Of a stretch of DNA of 64,000 nucleotides, positions 38,701-49,218 are shown piece by piece. The DNA is taken from contig CAVXLD010000012.1 of assembly GCA_963762565.1 (NCBI GenBank), positions 513,697-577,696 of the forward strand, given 5' to 3'. The stretch's first letter is position 1. Every line of letters begins with the position of its first letter. The notes under the pieces were generated by a model that had not been told where the DNA came from, made no database searches, and saw only the letters and a list, made by a program, of their open reading frames with translations. The position numbers and the translations under genes are program-made. Origin of the DNA: an uncultured Verrucomicrobiae bacterium. GTDB taxonomy: Bacteria > Verrucomicrobiota > Verrucomicrobiia > Chthoniobacterales > JAFAMB01.

Positions 38701-40737
38701 TCAGGCACGGCATTCATTAAGCACGTTGGCGACGATCCGTTGCAGGATCGGATCAACGGCGAAACTGCCGGTGAAACAGAGCGACCCCACGGAGAACACA
38801 AGACCGCCGCCGCTATGCTGATAATGGGTCATGTGCCCAACGAGTTGCCCGTCCACCGGAGTATTTGTGCCGAGCGCCAACACCTCAATGCCAGGCGGCG
38901 GCGCGCCGCGGTCGTTGCCCTCCCACGCGGTGACGACCTGGGTCGCGGGTGCAGTTGCGGTATCAGAGGTATCCATCTCCCAGCCGCTGGCCGGGCCATT
39001 GTGCCCCGATTTCCCGATCAGGTCCCCATTAGCGAGCCCGGTGCCATTAAAAAAGCGATGTGTGGGATTTGTCACCTGGTATGGTGCGGGCGGACTTGTC
39101 GTAAGGTAATTGTTGTAGAGGAAGCCGACACCGAGTACGGCTCGTTCGGGCCGCGGCGGATTGGCGTTGCGGAAATAGTTCCGGTCTCGCCCCTGGCTCG
39201 GATCTCCACCGAAGAATTCTTCGACGCTGCCGTCCCCAAATGGCGTACAACGTTCAAACAACCCGTTACCGCCTAAGTACAACAGATTGCCGCCATTCGC
39301 GAGATAGCTATCGAGTTGATCACGCATTTGGTCGCTCCAATATTCCGGATGCGTATTCAGGATCAGCGCGGTGTATTCCCCGATGGAAGGAATGCCATTG
39401 TGAAAATCGAGATCTGTGTAAACATCGGCCGTATAGTTATTTCCATCGAGCCAGTTCAGCAGCCATAGCTCAGCGCGGGTCAAATGATTAACATTGCCGT
39501 CATCGACCGGGGACGTACCCGGATTGGGGCGAAGAAAGCTCAAACGCGCAGCGCCGCCGGTACTGTAGTGGGAGTGGCCGCCCCAATCGTTGTAGGCGTT
39601 CCAGGTATTAACATTAGCCAATACAGCGAAATCGGCCCGTCGCGGCCCTGGTTTAACGGCAAAGACGATATGGAACGCCAACCCGGCCTGATCCACGCAT
39701 TGCGCAGAGTACAATCCTGAGACCCAGTCGTCCGGGATGGTGAGACTAAAGGTTTCTTGCCAATTGCAACCATCGGCCCAGGCTTCAGGCGGCGCGCCCT
39801 GGATATGGGTGGCTCCGTGGAACGGCGGAGCTACCGGTGTGCCCACGGCGCCGCTCTGCGTCTGCAACCGTAGATAGGTCACGGTGTAATCTGAGCGCGC
39901 CGAGATGCAAAAGCTGAGGCGCTCTCCTGGGCCGCCCGATAACGGCCAGCAATAGCCCTGCACATCGCTAGCCTCCGGCGCGATGAACCAGCCGGAGCCG
40001 ATTTGCTGCCCCTGTCCGTTATTAGCCCAGTTTACAGTGCCGTCCTGGGCGAGGTCGCGGTAGAACATTAGGAACCCGTCCGGGGTAACGCCGTAGAGCA
40101 CTCCATCTTGACCCGATAAAATGCGTGCGAAACTGTTCCAACCCCAACCGATACGCTCGCCCGCGCCCGTTTTTGCCCAGCTGGCTGTACCGTTCCGGGC
40201 TAAGTCCTGATACCAATACAGCCCGCCGTCATAGCCGACTGCGTAGATGATGCCGTTGCCGCCATAGGCCACATCACGAATCGTAGTCCAGCCATTACCG
40301 ATTTTCTGCGGCGCACCGCCAAATGACCAACTGGGAGTGCCGTTTCGAGCTAGGTCGCGATAATAGAACAGGTCGCCATTAGTAGCGATGGCGTAAAGGA
40401 TACCATCCCCACCCGAAAAAACGCGGGCATAAGTATCCCATCCTCCGGACCCGATCACTTGTCCGCTGCCGGCTGCCCAGGCTTCGGTGCCATTGCGAGC
40501 AGCGTCGCGATAATAAAGGAGACGGCCAGCTCCGTCGATGGCATAGATTACTCCTTGATCGCCGCAAATGATTTGCCGGTAGCCGTTCCAACCGCTGCCG
40601 ATGGTTTTTGGCGCACCCCCAAACGCCCAAATGCCCGTACCGTTTCGAGCCAGGTCCTGATAGAACACCAATGCACCGGATTCGGTGGCGGCATAGAAAT
40701 GCGATTGTTCATCGCAATCGAGAAGAAAAAAGCTCAT
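38701..40737 (-). CDS. Tachylectin-like beta-propeller fused to an N,N-dimethylformamidase beta-subunit-like domain
   Basis: Five repeats of YY.DLARNGT..W...IG.GW; then TWNAYNDWGG, HPEYWS, GGNLLYLGGN and VFSVGS. Confidence 0.75.
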   Translation of the reverse strand: MSFFLLDCDEQSHFYAATESGALVFYQDLARNGTGIWAFGGAPKTIGSGWNGYRQIICGDQGVIYAIDGAGRLLYYRDAARNGTEAWAAGSGQVIGSGGWDTYARVFSGGDGILYAIATNGDLFYYRDLARNGTPSWSFGGAPQKIGNGWTTIRDVAYGGNGIIYAVGYDGGLYWYQDLARNGTASWAKTGAGERIGWGWNSFARILSGQDGVLYGVTPDGFLMFYRDLAQDGTVNWANNGQGQQIGSGWFIAPEASDVQGYCWPLSGGPGERLSFCISARSDYTVTYLRLQTQSGAVGTPVAPPFHGATHIQGAPPEAWADGCNWQETFSLTIPDDWVSGLYSAQCVDQAGLAFHIVFAVKPGPRRADFAVLANVNTWNAYNDWGGHSHYSTGGAARLSFLRPNPGTSPVDDGNVNHLTRAELWLLNWLDGNNYTADVYTDLDFHNGIPSIGEYTALILNTHPEYWSDQMRDQLDSYLANGGNLLYLGGNGLFERCTPFGDGSVEEFFGGDPSQGRDRNYFRNANPPRPERAVLGVGFLYNNYLTTSPPAPYQVTNPTHRFFNGTGLANGDLIGKSGHNGPASGWEMDTSDTATAPATQVVTAWEGNDRGAPPPGIEVLALGTNTPVDGQLVGHMTHYQHSGGGLVFSVGSLCFTGSFAVDPILQRIVANVLNECRA

Positions 40738-41007
40738 ACATTATTTTCTTAGCCCGGCATTTCCGCTGCGGGTTATGTCCCTCGACGCGGGTAGTAGAGC
40801 ACCTGTCGACAGCCCAGGCGGGCAGCATCGTTCACGGGCATCGAATGCCCAAACTTTATGGCTGCGGTGCACTTCGCGTCGAGCATAATGCAACTATATC
40901 TTTTTGGGGCCAACGAGTTAATCCCGTCACCGCGATTTCGCCGAACCTTGCAAATCCCCTGCCGCTAAAAAGTATCTCGTATCATTTGAGACGGGCTGTT
41001 GCCCGAT

Positions 41008-41407
41008 TCAGGAGATCCCTGGGGGCCAGCCATCTTCAAAATTTCCTTGCCGGCATTTTGGGCACTCCGTTTCAGCTAGTCTACTTACTTCTCTCAACGA
41101 ACTAGCTCCGCACCTCTTACATTTCATTGGATCTCGTTTCGGATCGATTCGACTAACTTCGGCGCAACTCAAGCAAAGGAACTCGGATTCGTTACCTCCA
41201 TATAATTCAAATGCTCGCTTATGTTCGTCCCGAGTAGGCGACCGTCCATAAATCAGGTTCATAATCCGCTCCGTCTCAGAGATATCACCTGGATGATACA
41301 GGTAATGTCGGATTCCCGCCGGCCATTCGAGATACCCGGTTCCCGTCATCCCACCAGTCGACAGAAAAACCGCAGTGATCACAGGTGAATTTGGTGCATT
41401 GAGTCAT
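41008..41407 (-). pseudogene. Multi-CxxC zinc-ribbon protein, frameshift at about 41338
   Basis: ATG 41407 MTQCTKFTCDHCGFSVDWWDDGN, then YLEW..YHPG...CLSC..CKRC..CPKC in the adjacent frame. Confidence 0.6.
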
Positions 41408-41515
41408 AGGTGACAGCAGAAGGGTTATGTCTTTAAACAAATTACACAACGTTGCTTGTTAAGACGTGACCCTGGACCCTAGAGACTTAGAGACCAAGCA
41501 CAGCGGTGCCAAGGA

Positions 41516-43252
41516 TTATTTCGGTTGCCCGATCATGGTGATCGGCGGGTTCAGACTGGCAGAGACGCCGCCCCCCGTCGCGGTGACGGTCACGGTTCCC
41601 TCTGAGAAGGCGTTTCCGGGCGTGGTCAGCGACACGGTGAACTGACCCCCACTCGCCGTCGGCACGGCGACCGTCGCGCCGTTCATCGTCACCGTGACCG
41701 TGCCGCCATTCGCGATGGGGAAGCCCTGACCGCGCACAGCGAAGGTCATGCCGCCAAAGATGGGCGGTTGGACGAGGATTCCGGTTACGGAATCGACCAC
41801 CTCGAGCACGGGCGCCAATGCCCCGGTCACGGTTATAGGCGTGGAGGCCAGAAACTGGCCGGCGAGTGTCGCCCTCAGGGTGTAGGGCCCGGGCGGGGCG
41901 AAGCGCGGAATTCGCGCATCGCAAGTCCAAGGCGCCGAGATCGCCGCGACCGCGGCGCTGCCGATCTCGAACGACGGGCTGACCGCGCCGATCGTGGGAG
42001 GGATGAGCGTCAGCACGACCAGATTGGTGGTGGCGGTAGAGGCGATAAGCGAGGGCCCCCAGCTTGACCAGGTCAGGGTGTCGGCGCAGCGCGCCCGGAA
42101 CGAATAGCTCTCGCCCGGCTGCAGAGGCGGCGTCTGATAGCTGTAGTCGGCGCCAACTTCGGGCGTCGGAACGATGGTGACGACGCCGTCCTGACTGACC
42201 TGCGCCAAATTCGGCGTGCCGGTAGAGGTGTTCGGCCACTCAAGGTTGAGGTGGGTTGTCGTGTCCACAGGGAAACCGGTTCCCCGCACCGAAATCTCCT
42301 CGCCGGGCAAGGCTTGACTGGCGCTCGCCGCCAGGGCCGGCGGATTCTGTAAGACTGTTCCCGGGGGTGGCGCGTTGACGTTCTCAATGGTCGGACCCGG
42401 GTCAAGGGGGTGGGTCAGAGTCAGAGTCAGGGTCGAATTGTTGACGATGGAAAAGGCGCATTGCGAGATGCCGCCGGCGACACACTGTGGCCCGGAATTA
42501 TTCAGGGTTGTGAACAAGGCACTGAACGGCGCCGCCGCCGCGCCCGATAGCGGCACGCTTTGATCAGTCCGTTCCGCCGCCTCCCCCTCGAAGAGATCGA
42601 CGAGGCTCTGGTAATTGTCGCTCTGGGTGAAGAAATTGCCGAGATCGGTAATTAATTCCGAAAGGAACGTGTCGAGTCCCGCTCCCACATTGTCGGTATG
42701 CATTGATGCATTATACAACGCCGCGGTGGCGCTGGGGGACAGTTCGAACGGCCTGACCGGTACCGGCGTCGACACCGACAGCACGGCGTCGAAGTTGATC
42801 TTCCAACCGGCGCCAAACTCGCCCGAATAGAAGTGAAAGTCGCCGCCCGGTAGCCCATAGATCAGCGACAGGGTCGCCGGCTGAGTGGCTGATGTGGCGG
42901 GGATGATGACCGCCGTGACATTGCCGCTTGAGGCCAGGGTGCAGGAGACATTGCTGACAGTGGTTCCGGAAGTCTCGGCCTGGGTCGTGAACATCGCGGC
43001 CGCCTGAATCTGTTCCCCGGCTCGAGCCGACTGCCAGGCGAGGTTGAACAGATCGCCAATCGAACGAGTGAGGTAAGGCTTGAGGGGCGCGAGTTGGGCC
43101 TGTAACGCGCTCGGCAAGATCGGCAGAGCGATGATCAGAGACGCGGAGGTTTGTTGATAGGCGGAATTGGTGAGCGCCGGTTCATTTGTCGGGAAATCGT
43201 ATAGATCGACAACGATGTTCAGCGGTTGGTTGGTTACGTCGGCGGTCGTCAT
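41516..43252 (-). CDS. Hypothetical protein with C-terminal Ig/FN3-like beta domains
   Basis: Long T/P/A-rich ORF; LQPGESYSFRARC..WSSWGP is FN3-like; visibly GC-rich. Confidence 0.65.
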   Translation of the reverse strand: MTTADVTNQPLNIVVDLYDFPTNEPALTNSAYQQTSASLIIALPILPSALQAQLAPLKPYLTRSIGDLFNLAWQSARAGEQIQAAAMFTTQAETSGTTVSNVSCTLASSGNVTAVIIPATSATQPATLSLIYGLPGGDFHFYSGEFGAGWKINFDAVLSVSTPVPVRPFELSPSATAALYNASMHTDNVGAGLDTFLSELITDLGNFFTQSDNYQSLVDLFEGEAAERTDQSVPLSGAAAAPFSALFTTLNNSGPQCVAGGISQCAFSIVNNSTLTLTLTHPLDPGPTIENVNAPPPGTVLQNPPALAASASQALPGEEISVRGTGFPVDTTTHLNLEWPNTSTGTPNLAQVSQDGVVTIVPTPEVGADYSYQTPPLQPGESYSFRARCADTLTWSSWGPSLIASTATTNLVVLTLIPPTIGAVSPSFEIGSAAVAAISAPWTCDARIPRFAPPGPYTLRATLAGQFLASTPITVTGALAPVLEVVDSVTGILVQPPIFGGMTFAVRGQGFPIANGGTVTVTMNGATVAVPTASGGQFTVSLTTPGNAFSEGTVTVTATGGGVSASLNPPITMIGQPK

Positions 43253-43918
43253 TGTGTTGAAGCTTTGTTGTGCACCACGCAAGCGACACCAGGCGATGTC
43301 GCAGGTCTATACGTCTAATGGCTCAGTGTTCCTTTGAGCACTACAAACCGCCGAGTAATTCGTCAAAGACCTGGGTAGATTGGACGACGATTGAATCGCT
43401 GCGCGAAACTGCACCGTACAGCCTGGCTAACCAGTTTCGCTCGAGCGAGATCTCTTTGGCCGGCAAACGGATGACGACACTGGCGCCGCTACCGGCTGTC
43501 TAATTCAGCGAGCTCATGGTCGCACTTGGAATGCGACCAAGCTGGCGACACCGATCGTGCCGCTTCAAGTGTTCGAGGACGCGCCCTCGGCCTAAAATAC
43601 GCTCTCTTCGTTACCCTTTACGCGCTCTTCTACGGCTTCTACCTGTTGCGCACTCGCTGCGAGCCTTTCTGCTACCAATTCCATCTGAAAAAGTTTCTGC
43701 AAGTAAGCTCGCTGGCTGGCAAGGAAATCTGCTTCAAGTTCTTCTAGTGTCGGCATGTTTCGGATCCCCTTGTGGTGTTATTACTATGGAGAGTCATTAT
43801 TGTCATTAGAATTAGTTTCCTCAGTTAGTTCATCAACATCCCTAATTACAGGAAGCGTGTCTATACGCGTTTTGACGTATGTTAGTCAGGGAGGGGGCAA
43901 ACGGGGACGCGTCTACAC

Positions 43919-44083
43919 ATCGTCCGTCGTTCGATTCCCCGATTCAAACCATGATACCAAGCTCCTGGGAAGTCCACGCGAGTTGCACGCGCCATGCCCG
44001 TGAGAGTCGCATCCAGCTAAAAAATACAAGAATAATATGTTATTATAATCCAAGAGCTTAGTGTTTTGTATAGACGCGACCCC
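43919..44083 (-). mobile_element. RAYT 5' fragment bracketed by inverted end motifs
   Basis: MARATRVDFPGAWYHGLNRGIERRT; GGGGACGCGTCT at 43903-43914 and AGACGCGACCCC at 44072-44083. Confidence 0.85.
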
Positions 44084-44097
44084 GGGACCGACCCCAG

Positions 44098-44415
44098 ATG
44101 GAGCGAGGCCTAGCACGCCCGGTCGCGACGCTTCGATTCGAGCCCGCAGAGATCACTAGCCGCTTAGGCTTAAAGTTTGAAGCAGCTCACGACGAGCTCG
44201 ATGATCTGGAAGCGGCCGTTTTTAGTGGTTCGCGTGGACAACAATTCGCGCTGGTCCGTCATCGTAATCAGCCAAATCCAGGTACAGACATCCTGATTAA
44301 CGAGAAGTCAGTCGATTTGAGTGCAGCACTTCGCGATGCATTGAGGGCCTTACGATTTCAGCCGCGAGAGCTTCGCTGGACACATCCCGAAATCAAGCTA
44401 AGCGAGTTAGACTAG
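44098..44415 (+). CDS. N-terminally shortened paralog of 62573-62938 (putative orphan immunity protein)
   Basis: EPAEITSRLGLKFE..HDELDDLEAAVF..QFALVRHRNQPNPGTDIL. Confidence 0.7.
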   Translation: MERGLARPVATLRFEPAEITSRLGLKFEAAHDELDDLEAAVFSGSRGQQFALVRHRNQPNPGTDILINEKSVDLSAALRDALRALRFQPRELRWTHPEIKLSELD

Positions 44416-44712
44416 ATTCGACCGCGCAATTCGGTTTCCTTGAGCGATTAAATCTTCGCGGTCCCCTTCGAAGCAACAAATGCTTGCTCAGCAAGGAGGG
44501 GGCAAACGGGGTCGCGTCTAGGTGGCCGCGAATGCACACGAATAGACAAGACCTGACCCTAGGCTTCTAGCTGTCCGGGCGAAACATACATACGTCAATT
44601 TGCGTACAGACATCGCACGCCGAAAGCCGTTATATCAGCGTTCAAATTTGGACCCTTCTGCATGAGCCCGGATATGAACATCACATTGCCTCCACAGCTT
44701 AGATTATAGTCT

Positions 44713-45837
44713 ATGGAATACCTCCAGCTCTTGCTGATACTGCAGCATGTCGCCGTGGGTGGCACGGCGCTCGCCGGAGTCTCCTATCTCTTCTTTGAGG
44801 ATGCTTTCGCTAAATGCTTTACACCCGAACTTGCCAAATGGCAGCTGCACACGACGCTTCTCCTGGTAACCGCATCCTTCGCGATTAGCTACGCAGTCGA
44901 CGACTTGGCAAAGGAACTCATCGACCGAACGCCTGGAATGTTTTGCATCGGCCGTACGCCTGTCGATGCAGAATTAGGACGTATCTTTCTGCAACCGTTT
45001 TTCAAGACGGATCAAGAAGAGAGATTTACCGCCGTTTTCCCTCAAAGAAATGACAATCATTTTCATGTGACTCCCTTAGCCTTGGAAGTGATTCAGGTTC
45101 TAAAGCAACAAGAACAAAAGGTTACTACGGCAGGAGTTGCTAGGAACTCTGCTGTTCTCGATGACTCTAGCCATGTGGAAGACCCGATGCTGGATGCCCT
45201 GTTAAGCGAATTGCCCAAAGAACTGGATGGAGCGCCCCGGTCACTTGGAGTTCTAATGCACAGCCACAATAAACGGGACGATCAAGTTCAGTTTAGCGAC
45301 GCAACTGTGGCTTCCACCGCGGTTAATCACATTTTCTATCAAGCGCACGACTTGATTTCCCGGGATCCGACATACGCTGATGAAACGAATAGATTCTATC
45401 AGCGCCCGCGATTTCTTCGATCCTTGGGCTTTTTGAGCGAGTTATTTTTCCTTACCTACGGCATTTTAGCCCTTTTATCGCATGAGCAAGATCCTAAGTG
45501 GACCATCCTTCTAGCTCTTACCGGTGCAGCTTTTGTCTATGGTCTCTTCAGGAACGACGCGATCGTGCTTTCTCTTCCGTCATGGCCGTTCCTCTGCTCG
45601 TTCGTGTTTTTCGTTGCCTTCGGTGTGATCCGATACCTGCTCTGGGCGCTCGGACTGCTGGTAAAGCATCAAAAAAGCGAACGCGGCAATTCCTTGGCTG
45701 CAATTGCCATTGCCTCATTTTTTGGAATCATTCTTTGTTCCATTGGAGCGCACGCCGAGAGCGTCGAGTTAAATCAGCGTGTGTTTGGGTATTTCGTCTC
45801 GCTATACCAGCACCCCGAGAAAACAGAATTCAAGTAG
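44713..45837 (+). CDS. Hypothetical multi-TM membrane protein
   Basis: 374-aa ORF with hydrophobic N- and C-terminal segments. Confidence 0.65.
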   Translation: MEYLQLLLILQHVAVGGTALAGVSYLFFEDAFAKCFTPELAKWQLHTTLLLVTASFAISYAVDDLAKELIDRTPGMFCIGRTPVDAELGRIFLQPFFKTDQEERFTAVFPQRNDNHFHVTPLALEVIQVLKQQEQKVTTAGVARNSAVLDDSSHVEDPMLDALLSELPKELDGAPRSLGVLMHSHNKRDDQVQFSDATVASTAVNHIFYQAHDLISRDPTYADETNRFYQRPRFLRSLGFLSELFFLTYGILALLSHEQDPKWTILLALTGAAFVYGLFRNDAIVLSLPSWPFLCSFVFFVAFGVIRYLLWALGLLVKHQKSERGNSLAAIAIASFFGIILCSIGAHAESVELNQRVFGYFVSLYQHPEKTEFK

Positions 45838-46281
45838 GTTATCCAAAGGAACGTCTCTTAACTTTCGACAGTTGCGACTTTTTCATGCGAGTACCCCCCT
45901 CATCGCGAAACCGCTTTCCACCGTGTACCGGCGGGGGCGGTCTTGCTCCCATCCTAGCTATTTCCTCAACGTCTGCCGGTTGAGACGCGAGCCCTTGTTC
46001 GCAGCCTACCGCACCCACGTTGTCCGCCATAGTTTCGGGAACTCTGAACGAAAGAGGAAGCTTTAGTCATCTTTGCAGAGTGCGACAGCCGTTCTAGGTC
46101 AATAGTTGACCTGTCCTCACTTTCATCCCATTTTGATGCCGATTACAAGCCGGCGCCACAAATTCCATGTTCTCGTGCCTTTTGTGATTTTCTGTGAAAC
46201 CTAAACATGCGCCTGCGTACGCTTGCGGAGCCCAGCTTTTGGGGCAGGTTCATCATCGGCAATACCGGGCAATAGGCAGCC

Positions 46282-46602
46282 TCAAGCAAAGTTTATATTG
46301 TGACGCAATCCTGATTCACCAGAACGATCGATTAACGCGAGCAGATTTGCGCATTCAGCGTGCCGGCTCCTGCGACGCACAAGAATAATGATGCCAGGGT
46401 TCGACTGTCCACTGGCCAATCCCAGGAAGTCGTCCCTGTTACAAGTGATCAGCAGTATCTCGTTCTTGCACACGTAATCGAATACCTCGGAGTCACTGGC
46501 CTGGACCGGCAAAACTTGTCTAAGCTCACTGACTTCGTGGCCGTCCTGGCGCAAGACCCGAGCAACCTCAGCCGGCACATCGTGATCAAGAAAGAACTTC
46601 AT
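46282..46602 (-). CDS. DUF5615 PIN-like toxin
   Basis: MKFFLDHDV...GHEV...SDSEV...LITCNRDDF...PGII. Confidence 0.85.
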   Translation of the reverse strand: MKFFLDHDVPAEVARVLRQDGHEVSELRQVLPVQASDSEVFDYVCKNEILLITCNRDDFLGLASGQSNPGIIILVRRRSRHAECANLLALIDRSGESGLRHNINFA

Positions 46603-46850
46603 GCATCCGAACTCATTTGCCTGGCTATGAGAGTATCGATTTCTGCTCGATGGTCCTCGTAGTAGGCCAGGCACTCGTAGACTTGTGCCCGGGTCAGGTC
46701 GGGGAAACTTCGCACAACGTCATCGATGCCAGACCCGTTGACGATCAGCCCAACCACATCATGGACCCCGATCCGAGTTCCTTCTACAATCGCGCTCCCT
46801 CCGCGCACATTTGGCAGGTTGACAAGGTAGCGGTAACCGGTCGCTGGCAT
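46599..46850 (-). CDS. DUF433 antitoxin
   Basis: PNVRGGSAIVEGTRIGV...FPDLTRAQVYECLAYY; ATGA overlap with the toxin. Confidence 0.88.
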   Translation of the reverse strand: MPATGYRYLVNLPNVRGGSAIVEGTRIGVHDVVGLIVNGSGIDDVVRSFPDLTRAQVYECLAYYEDHRAEIDTLIARQMSSDA

Positions 46851-47302
46851 GGTTCCAATGCTAACCGGGGCGGAGTCGTCCTGCAAAGGCCATTTCGAAC
46901 CAAAGGCAGGTCCCAAGGGACAGGTCGGTTATACGTTCAGGGAGTCCGCCTACGAGGGAGGGGTCGTTTGTTCGAGACGAAGAGCGTCGAGTTGGTCCCG
47001 GGGACGAAGAGTCCACTTGGGATCACGCAGATGTCGCCAGAGGATTGTTTGATACATGATTCAGATGTGTTATTAAATACGGGAATCAATGTGACAGCCA
47101 CGAAATCAAAGGGCAAGTCGGCTAGCCTAGCAGTCTAACCTCTGTGCAGGTCGAGCCACGTCGGCAGCCGCGGCTCCGAATTCTCCTCCCGCTTCGAAGC
47201 TTTCCTTAGGAGCTCTCGCCGACAGCCACGCCGGTTATTCTCTCATACCGTCCTGAACTCGGCGCTATTCAACTATCGACCTGTCCCCAATCCGGTTCTC
47301 TT

Positions 47303-49024
47303 CTACCATTCCGGCAGCTGCCAGTCTTGACGCAGACGGGCGCGTTGCAGCTCGGCCCCGTCAAAAATCTCGCCCGGTTCGCACCGACTGCTGGACAGCC
47401 CGGGCAACGACGCGTTGGCCTCCTCGTAGAAACGCGCGCCAATCGCAGACTGGTTCAGATACGCATCCGACCACCAATCTGTGATGCGTTCCCTGGCCGC
47501 ATCAAAACGATCGGCGGACGGCAACCGGTCCTTCTTCTCCCGCTGATTCACGGAGCGATGTGCAGGTAAGAGGTTCCACAAATCACCGCACGGCCAAGCT
47601 GAATAAGGAAAACAATGATCAATGTCCAGAATGTCCAAGCTGAGCTTGGTGCCAGTCCAGACGCAGAACAGTTTGCGCTCGGCAAGCAATTGCATAGCGA
47701 TTTCTCGGGCGACGCGTACATCCCGTTGAGGATCGGCCCAGCGCAGCGCGACGGAGATAACATCTTCCTTGAGAGTCCGATCCTGGGTTTCTGCGTAGGA
47801 ATGCATCAAACGTCGCCATTCAGCGAGAAGGGCGGGCTCGATCCATGCGTTGTAACGAGTTAATGCGCGCCAAAGATTGCCCGGTACGACCAGATACCCA
47901 AACCCTAAGAGATACTCGCTTGTCAGCACGAGTTCCGGACCGCGAAGAACGCGTAACCGCGCGCCTTTTGTTACCCCATAGACTTTGTTTCCCTCCGGGT
48001 AAGCAGTGTGATCGATCGGCATTTGCACCAGGTTCGAGACGACATCCTTGAGCGCCTGATGCAAGGCTCCGGCTGCCGATCCCGTGAACCTGGCCGCGAT
48101 CTGCAGATCAAGCCCGGACACTGTCTCGAGCTGCTGGTAAGCGGTCTTGACAAATCCGAGCTTGGCAGTTCCCACATTACCCGGCGACTGAGGCAAACCT
48201 GCTGTGAGCAGCGGTTTAAACTGGCGCAACCAGAAGAGCCCAACCAGGCCAAGCGGGACCTGAACCGACTCATCGGCGGCTTGCCGCACGAGGCCGAGCG
48301 AATTGTTAGCGATGCGTGATAACACCCGAAGCAACGCCAGCTTGTAAGTCGATGATTTACTGTCAGTGAGAATAATATGCCGGATCAACGGTAACGCACC
48401 GGTGCTGTCATCCGGCAGCCGCACTAGCACCGTTGTCCAGGTTACCCCGACGCGGTTCAGTTTGTCTGCCGTATTCCCCGATTCTTGAACGAACAACCCG
48501 TGATTACGGCAGAGTTTCTCTATCTCCTCCGATGAGACCGGCCACAGCTTACGGCCGTCATGCGACGGACCGTGCCGGAGCGCGAAAAACATGAACCCGC
48601 CTGGCTTTAGCAGGGTTACCAGTTTTCGGAACGCTCTGGACCGATCGGCTGGCGGCACATGCATCCAGACGGCGCTGAGAATAACCCCATCGAACGAAAG
48701 ACCGAGTTCATGTACCCGTTTCAGGGCGGGTAACCGGTCGTCGATCCACCGGATTCTTGGCGACGGATGTAACGTTCGCCCGTGTGCCGCCATTGCTTCG
48801 GCGGGTTCAACCGCCACGACTTCGTGGCCTTGTTCAGCTAACCAAGCAGCATCTCGTCCCGAACCGGCGCCGACATCGAGAATAAGCGCGGGACGATCGG
48901 GCAACATGCCGGAAAACTTCTTTTCCAACCATAGCGTAGGAATGTCCTCGTACCGGGTGCACGTCGCTTCGGCATGTGCGTTGTACCAGTCGATCGCATC
49001 TGGAGATACCGGAGACGATTCCAC
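47303..49024 (-). CDS. Class I SAM methyltransferase fused to an HNH endonuclease
   Basis: LDVGAGSGRDA, SAVWMH, SSTYKLALL and C-terminal DIDHCFP...WNLLP...VNQREK. Confidence 0.85.
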   Translation of the reverse strand: MESSPVSPDAIDWYNAHAEATCTRYEDIPTLWLEKKFSGMLPDRPALILDVGAGSGRDAAWLAEQGHEVVAVEPAEAMAAHGRTLHPSPRIRWIDDRLPALKRVHELGLSFDGVILSAVWMHVPPADRSRAFRKLVTLLKPGGFMFFALRHGPSHDGRKLWPVSSEEIEKLCRNHGLFVQESGNTADKLNRVGVTWTTVLVRLPDDSTGALPLIRHIILTDSKSSTYKLALLRVLSRIANNSLGLVRQAADESVQVPLGLVGLFWLRQFKPLLTAGLPQSPGNVGTAKLGFVKTAYQQLETVSGLDLQIAARFTGSAAGALHQALKDVVSNLVQMPIDHTAYPEGNKVYGVTKGARLRVLRGPELVLTSEYLLGFGYLVVPGNLWRALTRYNAWIEPALLAEWRRLMHSYAETQDRTLKEDVISVALRWADPQRDVRVAREIAMQLLAERKLFCVWTGTKLSLDILDIDHCFPYSAWPCGDLWNLLPAHRSVNQREKKDRLPSADRFDAARERITDWWSDAYLNQSAIGARFYEEANASLPGLSSSRCEPGEIFDGAELQRARLRQDWQLPEW

Positions 49025-49218
49025 TGTTTCAGAGAATATCGACAGTCGCGGCCCGGGTCCAGAAAACGATAGAAGAGTCTGGTGCGAAGCCGTCGCGGCT
49101 AACGAATGCTGGATCCTGACTTTTTAATTGGCCCCTACCTGTTTGCGCGAAACGCATAAGAGACTGAAATAGTTGACCTGTCCCTAAGCGGGAATCCAAA
49201 AGTGAAGAAACGTTTCTG

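Noticed and set aside
41487..42239. 250-aa Arg-rich ORF
   Set aside because: Alternative-frame shadow of the GC-rich 41516-43252 gene.
43511..43809. Possible small membrane gene
   Set aside because: Overlapping short ORFs with no consistent frame; at most a remnant.
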